NCBI GenBank assembly: GCA_965153285.1 | Contig: OZ229126.1 | DNA length: 64,000 bases | DNA from: Podarcis tiliguerta | Taxonomy: Eukaryota | Reading direction: 5' to 3' (one strand) | Part shown: in pieces, positions 63,936-64,000 of the stretch | Layout of the letters: each line of letters opens with the position of its first letter | Numbering within the stretch: position 1 is the first letter of the stretch | The notes under the pieces: generated by a model | What the model was told of the DNA's origin: nothing | The model's database searches: none | Seen by the model: only the letters and a program-made list of their open reading frames with translations | Program-made: the position numbers and the translations under genes

Positions 63936-64000
63936 AATATATATTATTTTTAGCATGGCTTATTAAACAGTGCATTCAGTCTCTCCCATTCTTAAAGTGT

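Larger units (their letters stand above)
62892..64000 (+). other. S1PR2: S1PR2 3'UTR (end uncertain; ATTAAA at 63962-63967 is a possible poly(A) signal)
   Basis: Directly follows the stop codon; contains microsatellites and a short CR1 tail. Confidence 0.6.

Noticed and set aside
1-64000. CRISPR arrays, operons or other prokaryotic systems
   Set aside because: The sequence is vertebrate; its repeats are dispersed TEs and microsatellites with no repeat-spacer periodicity.

Overview
Vertebrate genomic DNA, almost certainly a squamate and probably a lacertid lizard (Sauria SINEs, BovB, CR1, L1, L2, Penelope-like elements, many hAT and Tc1/mariner MITEs, CpG-depleted background). The window holds one host protein-coding gene, S1PR2 (sphingosine-1-phosphate receptor 2), on the + strand. 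It has a CpG-island first exon (donor after 18374), a ~43 kb TE-rich intron and a single coding exon (ATG 61836, stop 62891) followed by 3'UTR. The most striking find is an 853-bp hAT element in the intron (38903-39755) that appears to have captured the promoter, first coding exon and start of intron 1 of CRPPA/ISPD (a Pack-hAT); a short gene-free element with the same ends sits at 8538-8790. Other notable items: a second hAT carrying a clean exon-like cassette; a minimal hammerhead ribozyme in a Penelope-like element; a predicted choice of splice acceptor that switches S1PR2 between a uORF-laden leader and an N-terminally extended receptor; a Tc1 DD34E transposase fragment fused to an L1 just upstream of the promoter; and an inverted BovB pair able to form long dsRNA in the pre-mRNA. 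All family and gene assignments come from recognising the sequence by eye, not from database searches. Splice models are predictions.
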